Positions 1 to 9,744 of a stretch of DNA of 64,000 bases are shown in pieces (the stretch's first letter is position 1; the number at the start of each line of letters is the position of its first letter). Below the pieces are notes generated by a model. The model did not search any database. It worked only from the letters and a program-made list of their open reading frames with translations, and was not told the DNA's origin. Origin of the DNA: Candidatus Omnitrophota bacterium (lineage in GTDB: Bacteria; Omnitrophota; Gorgyraeia; B26-G9); NCBI GenBank assembly GCA_043826565.1, contig JBDRPX010000034.1, forward strand, positions 1,096 through 65,095, written 5' to 3'. The translations under genes and the position numbers were made by a program.

Positions 1-1155
1 GATCTCACCTAACAATTGGTCTGGGTTTATTATCCCATAATGCGCAGAAGGAAAATAATTATCTATAAACGCAAGCGCAAACTGCTGAATATCGGAAAAA
101 TTTTCATGGAAAGACTGCTCATTATCAAACATCATCGGCACATCCGCGTCCTTAACCGGCTGGTGATTGGCCCGGTGGAAATCATATTTTCTGATAAGTA
201 TCGCCAAAACCAGATTCCGGGTAAACGCCTTTCGAAAATCTTTGCGCATGACTTCTGCATCCTGCAGACGATAATCTCCGCTTATCCGCACTAAATGAAT
301 ATCCTGAGGTGTCGCTCCCACATATTTAGCCAAAGCCTGCGCCTGACGGCCTGCCGGCAGGATAATATCACAGACATTTGCCTGGATTTCTCGGCCGAAC
401 CGAAATGCAATATATTCACGAGTTGGATCATTTTTCTCCGGCCAGATAAAATCTCCTTCCTGTACTTTTTCCGGACGGTATTTAGTCCGGACAAAAAACA
501 ATGCCCCGTCCCTTTTCCTGATCACGATCCGGTCCTGATACTCTAATGTCTTGATTCCCAACTGATCTTTTAACCAGGAATAGTCATCGATACGTGCCGG
601 CGCATATTCGCACCATTCCGGAAGAGTTGACAATGCGGCAAGCTTCCCCGTTCCGGCAGCAATATCAGCCGCAGCCTGTTCTATAGTCGATAAAAATTTT
701 TCCAGAGAAAAAGGTTTATGTAAATAATAATGTCCCCCCATAGAAGCGACATCGGCATCTTTTAAATCATAACCGGAAACAATCAATATCCTTATTCCGG
801 GTGTAATCGAACGTAAAATATGGCCGCGGCCTTTAGCCGCTTCCGGATTGAGGATCGCCAGCTGCGGCGGATTATCCCGAAGATCCTGTTCGTCAAAAAC
901 AGAAAACAGTTCATACCCCTGATCTGCCAACTGCCCCTTAAAAAAGCTAAACATCATTTCCGCCGTATTGGAACGTTCTTCCCAATAAATTCGCTTCAGC
1001 CTTGCCGGCCGATATCCGGCAAAACTTTTCTGTATTGATTCAACATCAACACTAACCGCCGGCGATAAGCACCAGGCACAGTCAACAAACAATAATGTCT
1101 GAATGACAACAAAACATATGATCCGAATTGAGTTTTTTTGCTTTGCTTTATTCAT
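1..1155 (-). CDS. Partial CDS (3' end beyond window) for a secreted protein of the VQxFL-leader / LSP-motif family; function unknown
   Basis: My translation of the reverse strand gives an open frame from the ATG at 1155 to the window edge. It is absent from the ORF track because no stop lies in the window. The N-terminus MNKAKQKNSIRIICFVVIQTLLFVDCAWC-LSPAVSVDVESIQKSF has the same Gln-containing signal h-region and the LSP-x-phi-x-phi-x4-phi-x3-F motif as the 8031-21748 cluster. The small + strand ORFs at 16-1038 overlap it and are spurious. Confidence 0.55.
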   Translation of the reverse strand, partial: MNKAKQKNSIRIICFVVIQTLLFVDCAWCLSPAVSVDVESIQKSFAGYRPARLKRIYWEERSNTAEMMFSFFKGQLADQGYELFSVFDEQDLRDNPPQLAILNPEAAKGRGHILRSITPGIRILIVSGYDLKDADVASMGGHYYLHKPFSLEKFLSTIEQAAADIAAGTGKLAALSTLPEWCEYAPARIDDYSWLKDQLGIKTLEYQDRIVIRKRDGALFFVRTKYRPEKVQEGDFIWPEKNDPTREYIAFRFGREIQANVCDIILPAGRQAQALAKYVGATPQDIHLVRISGDYRLQDAEVMRKDFRKAFTRNLVLAILIRKYDFHRANHQPVKDADVPMMFDNEQSFHENFSDIQQFALAFIDNYFPSAHYGIINPDQLLGEI

Positions 1156-1290
1156 TTATATTTAACCTAATCTCCTATATTTAAAATAGTGTTAAAGTAT
1201 ATCATGTTTATCTTTGCCTTGCAAGCAAACCGCTGCTTTTAAAATTTACACAACTAATTGTAAAAACTCAAGATGGAATATTTTTATAAT

Positions 1291-1319
1291 TTTATATCCT
1301 TGACAGTGATTAGCTGCGA
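1291..1319 (+). promoter_or_regulatory. Sigma70-like promoter for fhs (TTGACA-N17-TATAAT)
   Basis: cTTGACAgtgattagctgcgaatTTATAATga is a near-consensus -35/-10 pair with a 17-nt spacer, about 120 nt upstream of the fhs start. Confidence 0.4.
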
Positions 1320-1438
1320 ATTTATAATGATTTTAACTGTTATAATAATTGACCCGCCACAAGACGCGGCGAGGTTTAATTCGTCTCGCCATTGTCCGCT
1401 TAAAGCGGCCGCTTGGCGGACTCATTAAAGGAGATATC

Positions 1439-3133
1439 ATGCAAAGTGACCTGGAAATTGCCCAATCAATACAATTAGCGCATATTACAAAAATCGCCGC
1501 GGATATCGGTATCCGTGAAGATGAGTTGGAGCTCTATGGACATTATAAAGCTAAAATCTCCTTAAGCCTTTTAGACCGGCTCAAAGACGAACCTAACGGT
1601 AAATATATTGATGTTACCGCGATCACTCCCACTCCCTGGGGAGAAGGAAAAACTCTCAATACGATCGGACTTTCTTTAGGCCTGAATAAAATCGGCAGAA
1701 GCGCGATTTGTTGTATCCGGCAACCTTCCTTAGGCCCGGTTTTCGGAGTCAAAGGCGGCGCTGCCGGCGGCGGGTATTCGCAGGTATTGCCCATGGAAGA
1801 TTTTAATTTACATTTAACCGGTGATGTCCATGCTATCGGAATGGCCCATAACTTATGCGCAGCTTTTTTAGATAATCACATTCAAAAAGGCAATGCTTTA
1901 AACATTGATCCGCAAAGTATTACCTGGCGCAGAGTAATTGATGTCAGCGATAGATTTTTGCGCAATGTTGTCATCGGTCTCGGCGGGCCGGAAAACGGAT
2001 TTTTGCGGCAAACCGGATTTGATATTACCGAAGCCAGCGAAGTAATGGCGGTATTAGCCTTAACCTCATCTTTAAAAGAACTGCGCGAAAAATTAGGAAA
2101 AATATTCTTAGGTACAACCTATGAAGGCAAACCCATCACTCCGGAAGACATAAAAGTTGCCGGAGCTATGGCCGTATTATTAAAAGACGCGATCAAGCCC
2201 AATCTTATTCAAACTACCGAACAAACCGCGTGTCTTGTCCACACCGGCCCATTCGGAAATATTGCTCACGGAAACAGTTCCATCCTTGCCGACAAGATGG
2301 CCTTAAAACTGGCTGATTACGTGGTTACTGAAAGCGGTTTCGGTGCAGATTGCGGCGCGGAAAAATTCATGGATATTAAATGCCGCTACAGCGGATTAAC
2401 TCCGGATTGTGTGGTTTTAGTGTGTTCGGTAAGAGCGCTAAAAATGCATAGCGGACATTACCATGTTGTTTCCGGCCGGCCTCCGGAGAAAGAACTCACT
2501 CAGGAAAACTTGCAAGCAGTTGAACTTGGATGCTGTAATCTGGAAAAACAAATTGCGAATATCCGGGCATTCGGAGTCCCGGTAGTCGTAACCATTAACC
2601 GCTTTTCTACTGATACCGACGCGGAAATTGAAATTATCAAACGAAAAGCCTGCGAATTCGGAGCCGAAGACGCGATCATCAGTATGGCTCATGCCCAAGG
2701 CGGAGAAGGAGCAAAAGAACTTGCCGAGGCAGTAGTAAAAGCAGCGGACAAACCAAGCGAGTTTAAATTTTTATACCCTCTGGATATTCCCATAGAGGAA
2801 AAAATCGAAATTATCGCCCGGGAAATGTACGGAGCAAAAGGAGTAAAATATCATCCGGCCGCGCAAAAGAAAATCAAACAATATACAGAACTGGGATTTG
2901 ATAAACTACCTATCTGCATGGCAAAAACACATCTCTCTCTTTCTCACGATCCAACACTAAAGGGCCGGCCGACAGATTTCATCCTGCCCATAGAAGACAT
3001 CCGGGCCTCCGTAGGCGCCGGTTTTATTTATCCGCTTTGCGGGAAAATGCGCACTATGCCGGGATTACCTTCTGTGCCGTGCGGAACTAATATGGATATT
3101 GATGAGAACGGCAAAGTCAGAGGAATGTTTTAA
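1439..3133 (+). CDS. fhs: Formate--tetrahydrofolate ligase
   Basis: Full-length match to the FTHFS family (PTPWGEGKTLNTIGL P-loop region; length about 565 aa). An AAAGGAG RBS lies 7 nt upstream of ATG 1439. The track ORF starting at 1349 is an in-frame extension into the leader. Confidence 0.9.
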   Translation: MQSDLEIAQSIQLAHITKIAADIGIREDELELYGHYKAKISLSLLDRLKDEPNGKYIDVTAITPTPWGEGKTLNTIGLSLGLNKIGRSAICCIRQPSLGPVFGVKGGAAGGGYSQVLPMEDFNLHLTGDVHAIGMAHNLCAAFLDNHIQKGNALNIDPQSITWRRVIDVSDRFLRNVVIGLGGPENGFLRQTGFDITEASEVMAVLALTSSLKELREKLGKIFLGTTYEGKPITPEDIKVAGAMAVLLKDAIKPNLIQTTEQTACLVHTGPFGNIAHGNSSILADKMALKLADYVVTESGFGADCGAEKFMDIKCRYSGLTPDCVVLVCSVRALKMHSGHYHVVSGRPPEKELTQENLQAVELGCCNLEKQIANIRAFGVPVVVTINRFSTDTDAEIEIIKRKACEFGAEDAIISMAHAQGGEGAKELAEAVVKAADKPSEFKFLYPLDIPIEEKIEIIAREMYGAKGVKYHPAAQKKIKQYTELGFDKLPICMAKTHLSLSHDPTLKGRPTDFILPIEDIRASVGAGFIYPLCGKMRTMPGLPSVPCGTNMDIDENGKVRGMF

Positions 3134-3220
3134 TCTTGTCACAGGTCCCAGGTCACAAGAAAAAACTAAATTTTTTTATCAAACCTGCAACCTGAGACTT
3201 GTAACCTGCAACCTTAAATC

Positions 3221-5110
3221 ATGTTTAAGATTTTAAAATTATACCTTGAGCAAAATTTAAGCCCGGAAAAACTTTTCACAGAACTTGTCGAATTCGGGTA
3301 TGAACGAACCGGAAACATATCGCAAAAAGGTGAATTTGCCGGCCGCGGCGATATTATAGATATTTATCCGATCAATTATGAAAATCCCGTACGTATTGAA
3401 ACCGAGTTTGACAAAATCACAAAAATATTTTCTTTTTCAGCCATCAGCGGCAAAAAAGAACAAGGACAAAATCCGCTGATTATTCTGCCGCATAAGACAT
3501 TCTCTTCTGCTGTTACCGCCGGGCGATTATCCATAAACAAATTTGAAGAACTGGAGAAAGGCGATTTAGTTGTTCATGTTGATCACGGGATCGGTAAATA
3601 TTTAGGGATCACAGATCTTAAGGGTAAACCGCATATAAAAATTGAGTATGCGGAAAAGGATAAACTCTACGTACCCGTAAAACAAAAAAATCTTCTGCAA
3701 AAATATATCGGGTTTACCGGGAACTCTCCCCGTCTGCATAAACTCGGCGGAAAAATCTGGCAGAATACCAAAACAAAAACAAAACAGGGTGTTACCAGCT
3801 TTGCTTTAGACCTATTAAAAATACAGGCAAAACGTGCCGCTCTTTCCGGCTATGCTTTTCCTAAAGATACAGACTGGCAAAATGATTTTGAAAAAAAATT
3901 CCCTTATCAGGAAACTCCGGATCAGCTAACTGCCAGTGAAGATGTTAAGCAGGATATGGAGTCATCCAAACCCATGGACCGGCTGCTTTGCGGTGATGTC
4001 GGTTATGGAAAAACAGAAGTAGCTTTTCGGGCGGCCTTTAAAGCTCTCATGGATAATAAGCAGGTGGCCATGCTCGTGCCGACAACAATCCTCACGGAAC
4101 AGCACTATCATAATTTCACCGAACGCGTCCGGGACTTCCCGGTAAATGTACAAATGCTCAGCCGCTTTAAAAAAGCCTCCGAACAGGATGAGATCGTTAA
4201 AGATTTAAAAAAAGGAAAAGTTGACATCGTGATCGGCACACACCGCCTTTTGTCCGATGATATCCGGTTCAAAAATTTAGGCCTGATCATTATCGACGAA
4301 GAACAACGCTTCGGGGTAAAAGCAAAAGAAAAATTAAAACATTTAAGAGAACTGGTCGATGTCCTCACACTAACCGCGACACCTATCCCCCGCACTTTAT
4401 ACATGTCTCTTTTGGGGGTTAAAGATATGTCAACCATAAATACTCCTCCGGAAAAACGTCAGCCTATTGAAACGTTCGTGTGTGTATATGACGAAGAAGT
4501 GGTGCGGAATGCTTTGCAAACCGAAATCGAAAGAAAAGGGCAAGTCTATTTTATCCACAACCGGATAAAAGATATTCAGACAATTCATGAAAAAGTAAAA
4601 AATCTTGTTCCCCAAGCCCGCGTTGCCATCGGACACGGCCGCATGCATGAAAAAGACCTCGAGCAGGTAATGATCGACTTTATCGAACATAAAATCGACA
4701 TTTTAATATCAACAACCATAGTTGAATCCGGGCTCGACATTCCTAATGCCAACACATTAATTGTCAATAACGCGCATAATTTCGGCCTGGCCGATCTTTA
4801 TCAACTGAGGGGAAGAGTCGGCAGATTCGACAGAAAAGCCTATGCTTATTTTCTTACTCCCAAGCACGCAACCTTCAATCCGGAAGCAAAAAAGCGCCTT
4901 AAATCAATACAAAAATTTACCGCCTTAGGCTCAGGATTTAAAATTGCCATGGAAGACCTGGAAATCCGCGGTGCCGGTAACCTGCTCGGTGAAAAGCAGC
5001 ATGGCTATATAATATCCGTAGGTTTTGATTTCTATTGCCAGTTACTCTCCGGCGCCATTGATCAACTGAAAAAAGCAGAAATCAGAAGTCAGAAAACAGA
5101 TAACAGATAA
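3221..5110 (+). CDS. mfd: Transcription-repair coupling factor, short form; retains the RNAP-interaction domain and SF2 helicase core but lacks N- and C-terminal modules
   Basis: GEFAGRGDIIDIYP is a UvrB-homology / Mfd D2 remnant. VVHVDHGIGKYLGI...LYVPV is the CarD/TRCF RNAP-interacting domain. The helicase motifs CGDVGYGKTEVA, DEEQRFGV and QLRGRVGR follow. At 629 aa it is far shorter than the roughly 1150-aa E. coli Mfd, and there is no room upstream (an 87-nt gap after fhs). Confidence 0.75.
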   Translation: MFKILKLYLEQNLSPEKLFTELVEFGYERTGNISQKGEFAGRGDIIDIYPINYENPVRIETEFDKITKIFSFSAISGKKEQGQNPLIILPHKTFSSAVTAGRLSINKFEELEKGDLVVHVDHGIGKYLGITDLKGKPHIKIEYAEKDKLYVPVKQKNLLQKYIGFTGNSPRLHKLGGKIWQNTKTKTKQGVTSFALDLLKIQAKRAALSGYAFPKDTDWQNDFEKKFPYQETPDQLTASEDVKQDMESSKPMDRLLCGDVGYGKTEVAFRAAFKALMDNKQVAMLVPTTILTEQHYHNFTERVRDFPVNVQMLSRFKKASEQDEIVKDLKKGKVDIVIGTHRLLSDDIRFKNLGLIIIDEEQRFGVKAKEKLKHLRELVDVLTLTATPIPRTLYMSLLGVKDMSTINTPPEKRQPIETFVCVYDEEVVRNALQTEIERKGQVYFIHNRIKDIQTIHEKVKNLVPQARVAIGHGRMHEKDLEQVMIDFIEHKIDILISTTIVESGLDIPNANTLIVNNAHNFGLADLYQLRGRVGRFDRKAYAYFLTPKHATFNPEAKKRLKSIQKFTALGSGFKIAMEDLEIRGAGNLLGEKQHGYIISVGFDFYCQLLSGAIDQLKKAEIRSQKTDNR

Positions 5111-5207
5111 AAAAGATAAAAAAGAACTTAAAAGAACTCAAAACACTATTGTTTTACGCCTGTTCCTGTGATATAATTATAATTCGTACAATCTTAGAGG
5201 ATAAAAC

Positions 5208-6182
5208 ATGTTTAAACAAACTCTCCTATTAATCATTATTTTAACAGTATTTTTCGGCCAAGATCATGTGCAGGCACAATTTACCGAAAAAATACTGGCG
5301 GTAGTCAACGGGGAAGCAATAACCCAAACCGATGTTGACGAAATCCTTGCGCCGATCTATCTCCAATATAAAAGTTCCTATCAGGGCCCGGCGCTTATAA
5401 AAAAAATGGAGACTGCTAAAACGGATATTTTAAATCAGCTTATTGAAGATAAACTTCTCCTGCAGCAAGCGCTAAAGCAGGAGCTTACGGTAGACGAAAA
5501 AGAGATCGACCAATTAGTTAAGAAACTTGAAAGCAATTTTCAAACCGCAGAAGAGTTTGAGAATATACTAAAAACCCAGGGAATCACCTTAAGCGATCTA
5601 AAAAAAAGATATAAAGAGCAGCTGCTGATTAAGAAAGTCGTCGGCAAAGAAATATTAAGCAAAATACTCATCTCTCCTAAAGAAATCTCTGCGTATTATG
5701 ATCTCCATAAGGAAGATTTCAAAGTCCCCGAACAAGTCAAACTAAGAAATATCTTTATTGAAACATCCAATGTCGCGGAAGAAAATTTGGAAATTGAGAA
5801 AAAAGTAAAAGATACATACGAGCAGTTAAAGAACGGCGTGGAATTTGTCGAGCTGGTAGAAAAATATTCCGAAGCACCTAATGTCGTTGATGCCGGAGAA
5901 ATGGGATTTATGAAACGCGGCAGTATGCGCGAAGAAATCGAAAACGCGGTTTTTGATTTAGAACCGGGTAATTTCACCTCTCCGATAAAAACCGCGTCCG
6001 GATATTATATCTTTAAAGTAGAAGGAAAAAAAGAAGCGCAGATCCAGCCGATGGAAAAGGTTCAGAATGAAATCCGCAATGCTATATTTCAAGAGAAGTC
6101 CAAACAGAAACTTAAAAAATGGATAGATGAATTAAAAGAATCAACCTTAATTGAGGTAAAAAAAGATGAAAAAAAACGCTAG
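5208..6182 (+). CDS. surA: SurA-like periplasmic chaperone / parvulin-type peptidyl-prolyl isomerase
   Basis: Signal peptide, a SurA N-terminal domain, and a parvulin PPIase domain (GEMGFMKRGSM...SGYYIFKV). It sits in the conserved surA-pdxA-rsmA arrangement. Confidence 0.75.
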   Translation: MFKQTLLLIIILTVFFGQDHVQAQFTEKILAVVNGEAITQTDVDEILAPIYLQYKSSYQGPALIKKMETAKTDILNQLIEDKLLLQQALKQELTVDEKEIDQLVKKLESNFQTAEEFENILKTQGITLSDLKKRYKEQLLIKKVVGKEILSKILISPKEISAYYDLHKEDFKVPEQVKLRNIFIETSNVAEENLEIEKKVKDTYEQLKNGVEFVELVEKYSEAPNVVDAGEMGFMKRGSMREEIENAVFDLEPGNFTSPIKTASGYYIFKVEGKKEAQIQPMEKVQNEIRNAIFQEKSKQKLKKWIDELKESTLIEVKKDEKKR

Positions 6183-7218
6183 AATAGGAATAACCCTGGG
6201 AGATCCGGCCGGGATTGGAACAGAGATAACTTTAAAAGCATTAAAAGACAAAAAATTACGGGCATCCGCTAGTTTCGTGCTTATCGGAGACTATAGTAAT
6301 GTCGTACATACACAGCGTCAACTTGATATGTCGCTTAACTATCACATCCTTTCGGATATCGGACGCCTTAATCTAAGCGATGAGTTAATAAACTTCGTTA
6401 ATCTCGGCAATATCACATTTAATATCCCTTTTGGAAAAGTTGACGAACGTTGCGGCAAGGCAGCCTATGAATACATTAATATGGCTTGTCTTTTACTCCG
6501 CTCACATAATAACCTCGATGGTTTGGTTACCGCTCCCATTAACAAGGAAGCCATGAACCTGGCCGGATTTAAGTACCAGGGACATACCCAGCTTCTGGCG
6601 CAGCGTTTTAATGCCCGCTATGTAAGGATGATGTTCGCGGCTGAACAAATGCGTGTGGTTCTCGTTACCATACACATACCGCTTAAAAATGTCCCTGGAT
6701 TAATAACAAAAAGAGAAATACTGGACACTATTTTTGCCACACATAGAGCAATGAACATACATTTTAAAATCAAACGGCCTAAAATTGCGGTTTGCGCTTT
6801 AAACCCGCATGCTTCGGAAGACGGTTTATTCGGGACTGAAGAAAAAGAACATATTATTCCGGCAATAGCAAAAGCCCGGTCGCAAAAAATAAAAGTCGAA
6901 GGCCCGGTTCCCGCGGACATTGCTTTTTGGAAAGCAAAACAAGGCGAATATGACGCGGTTATTGCCATGTATCACGATCAGGCGTGTATTCCGTTTAAAA
7001 CTTTATATTTTGACAAAGGAGTTAATGCCACTCTCGGACTGCCTTTCGTACGCACCTCACCTGATCATGGAACTGCTTTTGATATCGCCGGTAAAGGAAA
7101 AGCCGACCCTACGGCAATGAAGGAAGCGATCAAGCTGGCCGTGGAAATGGCTTCAAATATGCCGCGCAAGCGCAAGAAAAAGAAAGTATATGTCCCAACC
7201 ATCAGCCGTTCTCGCTAA
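6166..7218 (+). CDS. pdxA: 4-hydroxythreonine-4-phosphate dehydrogenase
   Basis: PdxA motifs ITLGDPAGIG and SPDHGTAFDIAGKGKADP. Confidence 0.85.
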   Translation: MKKNARIGITLGDPAGIGTEITLKALKDKKLRASASFVLIGDYSNVVHTQRQLDMSLNYHILSDIGRLNLSDELINFVNLGNITFNIPFGKVDERCGKAAYEYINMACLLLRSHNNLDGLVTAPINKEAMNLAGFKYQGHTQLLAQRFNARYVRMMFAAEQMRVVLVTIHIPLKNVPGLITKREILDTIFATHRAMNIHFKIKRPKIAVCALNPHASEDGLFGTEEKEHIIPAIAKARSQKIKVEGPVPADIAFWKAKQGEYDAVIAMYHDQACIPFKTLYFDKGVNATLGLPFVRTSPDHGTAFDIAGKGKADPTAMKEAIKLAVEMASNMPRKRKKKKVYVPTISRSR

Positions 7219-8038
7219 ATATAAAGTTCGCCCTAAGAAAAGGCTTGGACAAAACTTTCTGGATGATGAAAATGCGCTTAATCAAATTGCCTCCGCCGCC
7301 GGAATATCTAAAGAAGATCATGTCTTGGAGATCGGCGCCGGTATTGGGAATTTAAGTATTCTTTTAGCCGAAAAAGCCGGTAAGTTCTATGCTTTGGAAA
7401 AAGATAATTCCTTAGAAAAAATACTCAAAAAAACACTCGTCAAATCAGATAACTCTAAAATTATCATATCGGATATTCTCCAATTCAACTTAGACAGTAT
7501 TTATAAAGACAAAAAGCTTATCGTTGTCGGAAATCTTCCTTATTATATAACCTCTCCGATACTGCTGCATTTAATAAAGCAAAAAACCTGCATAAAGACA
7601 ATCCTGATAACCGTGCAAAAAGAAGTCGCCAAACGGATTACCGCCTCTGCCGGGAATAAGGATTACGGAAGATTAAGCTGCCTTTTACAATTTTACGCCA
7701 AAGCAGAATTACTGGAAATATTTCCTAAAAGACTCTTTATCCCTCAGCCGAACGTGGATTCCGCTCTGGTAAAGCTTGATATTTTGGACAGCCCGTCCAT
7801 TGACGTAAAATCAGAAGAAATGTTTTTTAAGGTCGTAAAAGCTATATTCAGCCACCGCCGAAAAACACTGCTAAACAGCATGCTCGCCTCCGGCAGCCTG
7901 GGATTAAGCAAAGAAGTTTTGGGAAAAACTTTAGAACAGCACGGGATATCTCCGGCAATCCGCGGAGAACAACTAAGCCTTAAAGAGATCGGTAAACTAG
8001 CCGATGCTTTTGACTTAGTTATCAAAAAGATCAAATAG
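7190..8038 (+). CDS. rsmA: 16S rRNA (adenine1518/1519-N6)-dimethyltransferase
   Basis: LGQNFL, the EIGAGIGNLS SAM-binding motif and GNLPY. Confidence 0.85.
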   Translation: MSQPSAVLAKYKVRPKKRLGQNFLDDENALNQIASAAGISKEDHVLEIGAGIGNLSILLAEKAGKFYALEKDNSLEKILKKTLVKSDNSKIIISDILQFNLDSIYKDKKLIVVGNLPYYITSPILLHLIKQKTCIKTILITVQKEVAKRITASAGNKDYGRLSCLLQFYAKAELLEIFPKRLFIPQPNVDSALVKLDILDSPSIDVKSEEMFFKVVKAIFSHRRKTLLNSMLASGSLGLSKEVLGKTLEQHGISPAIRGEQLSLKEIGKLADAFDLVIKKIK

Positions 8039-9716
8039 AACTGCCGGTCATAATCTCATTCTGTAACCCGAAGAAAGGCACCAAATCCAACACAATACTG
8101 CTTTGCACCATATCTTCAGTAACTAAGCCGCTTTCTAAAACTATCTTGCGCAGATACCGGTCCCATCTTACCTGCAATTCCTCATCAATAAATTTAAAGC
8201 CGCTGCTCAGGTAAAATAGTATTGCTTTAGAACTAAGTCCGTCCGGATTTGCTATTTGCCAACTGGACATCCTGACTTTTTCTGCTCCTAGAACTGTCCG
8301 GACCATTTCCAAAAATGCGCGAAAAGCACTTTTACTTCGGCTGCCGTGATGACGGTATTCTTTAAAAACATGAAAAGTAAGCACTGCTGTTTTCGGCTCG
8401 TTAGATATCAAACCCAACTCTACACTTCCATAACCAATAACTTCATCATTATGCATAACCGCCAAATAGTATGCTTCCGGGTCATAAACTCCAGGATATC
8501 CCTCATCCTGCCCAAGTAATATTGTTTTAACATCGTCTTTACCCTCAGCGATATAAACATGATTAGCATCCACATCCAATGCTGAGTTAAGTATTGATCT
8601 GTTACGATCCTCTAAGGCAGTTGCCAGATCATCCGCTAATCTCCTTGCCGATAAATCCCCGGCTTTTTTCACAGTAACCTTAGAAATCATATTATTATCG
8701 ATATTGATCGATGCCCGCGATGCTAAATTCTCAATCAATGTTCCGGTAAACAGTGCCGCCTGATGCGGATTAATATGCAGGGGAACTCCTAAATAATGAC
8801 GGCTTAACTCTGAACTATTGATAAAAAAACACACCTCGCTGCGTTCACAAACCGATATTATCGGCGGCGCCATTTGCTGAAAACTGTCTTTAGCTTTGTA
8901 CTCATCCATTTCGGCAGCTGTCCCCACAATAATATCAATATCCAGATCGGTAACTCCTCCGTTAACCGGAGAACTCTCCAGCTCTCTGAGTCCCAATATT
9001 GTTTCCGGAATATTAACATGCTTCGTTTTCGCATTATCCGGCGGTCCTAAGCGGTTTATTTTAACCAAATGGCTCGCCATCCCTGTAGTGACCAAATATC
9101 CCAGATAATCTGCCGGGCTCAATTTTGAAATACCGAATTCAATTTCTTTCTGCCAATCACAATTTTGTTTACGGTGAAGCGGTTTGTTCTGATGCGGCCC
9201 GAAATCTCCGTGCGCGTCAAGATGACGCCACTCTACCCCGCCGCGATCAATAATCTCCTGGGCTTTTTCCCGATAATGTTCAAAGAAAAAAGAATATGAC
9301 ATATTATGCTGGCCGCCCCAATAGATCTTTTTATTATTCGCAAGCGTTATCACAACATAATACTCTCCGCCGACTTTATATTTCGTGCCGTTCAAATAAA
9401 CTTCCAGCACCGGATAAATAACTGCCTGTCCCGGTTTTTCAAAATCAAACTGTTTCTGTTCGATAACCGCGTCAGAAAAAATAAATTCCTTATCAATCTT
9501 AATAACAAAATCCTCTTCAACCAAAGGTCTGGGAATAGAATCACTGTTGTATTTAGGGAGAAGATCATCTAAGGCATTGAAAAAACTTTTCTTAAGCAAA
9601 ACCTGCTCAATATTTATTGAAGGAGATAATTTATCTGTAGAAACAGGTCCGGCAAATAAATTTGCCGGTATCGATAGAACTAATATTATGAGGATTATTT
9701 TTTTTAATAATTTCAT
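8031..9716 (-). CDS. Secreted protein with C-terminal GNAT acetyltransferase fold; member of the VQxFL-leader / LSP / [AS][IL]-COOH family
   Basis: Likely start at the internal ATG (MKLLKKIILIILVLSIPANLFA signal peptide). The mature N-terminus is GPVSTDKLSPSINIEQVLLKKSF. The C-terminal roughly 110 aa resemble a GNAT domain (VIGYGSVEL...HGSRSKSAFRAFLEMV). The tail is ...TGSSI. Confidence 0.6.
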   Translation of the reverse strand: MKLLKKIILIILVLSIPANLFAGPVSTDKLSPSINIEQVLLKKSFFNALDDLLPKYNSDSIPRPLVEEDFVIKIDKEFIFSDAVIEQKQFDFEKPGQAVIYPVLEVYLNGTKYKVGGEYYVVITLANNKKIYWGGQHNMSYSFFFEHYREKAQEIIDRGGVEWRHLDAHGDFGPHQNKPLHRKQNCDWQKEIEFGISKLSPADYLGYLVTTGMASHLVKINRLGPPDNAKTKHVNIPETILGLRELESSPVNGGVTDLDIDIIVGTAAEMDEYKAKDSFQQMAPPIISVCERSEVCFFINSSELSRHYLGVPLHINPHQAALFTGTLIENLASRASINIDNNMISKVTVKKAGDLSARRLADDLATALEDRNRSILNSALDVDANHVYIAEGKDDVKTILLGQDEGYPGVYDPEAYYLAVMHNDEVIGYGSVELGLISNEPKTAVLTFHVFKEYRHHGSRSKSAFRAFLEMVRTVLGAEKVRMSSWQIANPDGLSSKAILFYLSSGFKFIDEELQVRWDRYLRKIVLESGLVTEDMVQSSIVLDLVPFFGLQNEIMTGSSI

Positions 9717-9744
9717 ATTATTTAATAGCAAATTACAATCAACA

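Noticed and set aside
16-1038. Plus-strand ORFs 16-294, 295-546 and 820-1038
   Set aside because: The whole interval is one continuous minus-strand reading frame (partial gene 1-1155). The plus-strand ORFs are antisense artefacts.
1349-1438. N-terminal extension of fhs from the ATG at 1349
   Set aside because: It has no RBS. The extension is Arg/Lys-rich leader sequence. A consensus AAAGGAG precedes the ATG at 1439, which aligns with FTHFS N-termini.
3134-3220. Hairpin terminator after fhs (cttgtcacaggtcccaggtcacaag)
   Set aside because: It is not a true palindrome when the reverse complement is compared. It consists of short direct repeats (caggtc) of the same family as the aacctgcaacctg repeats.
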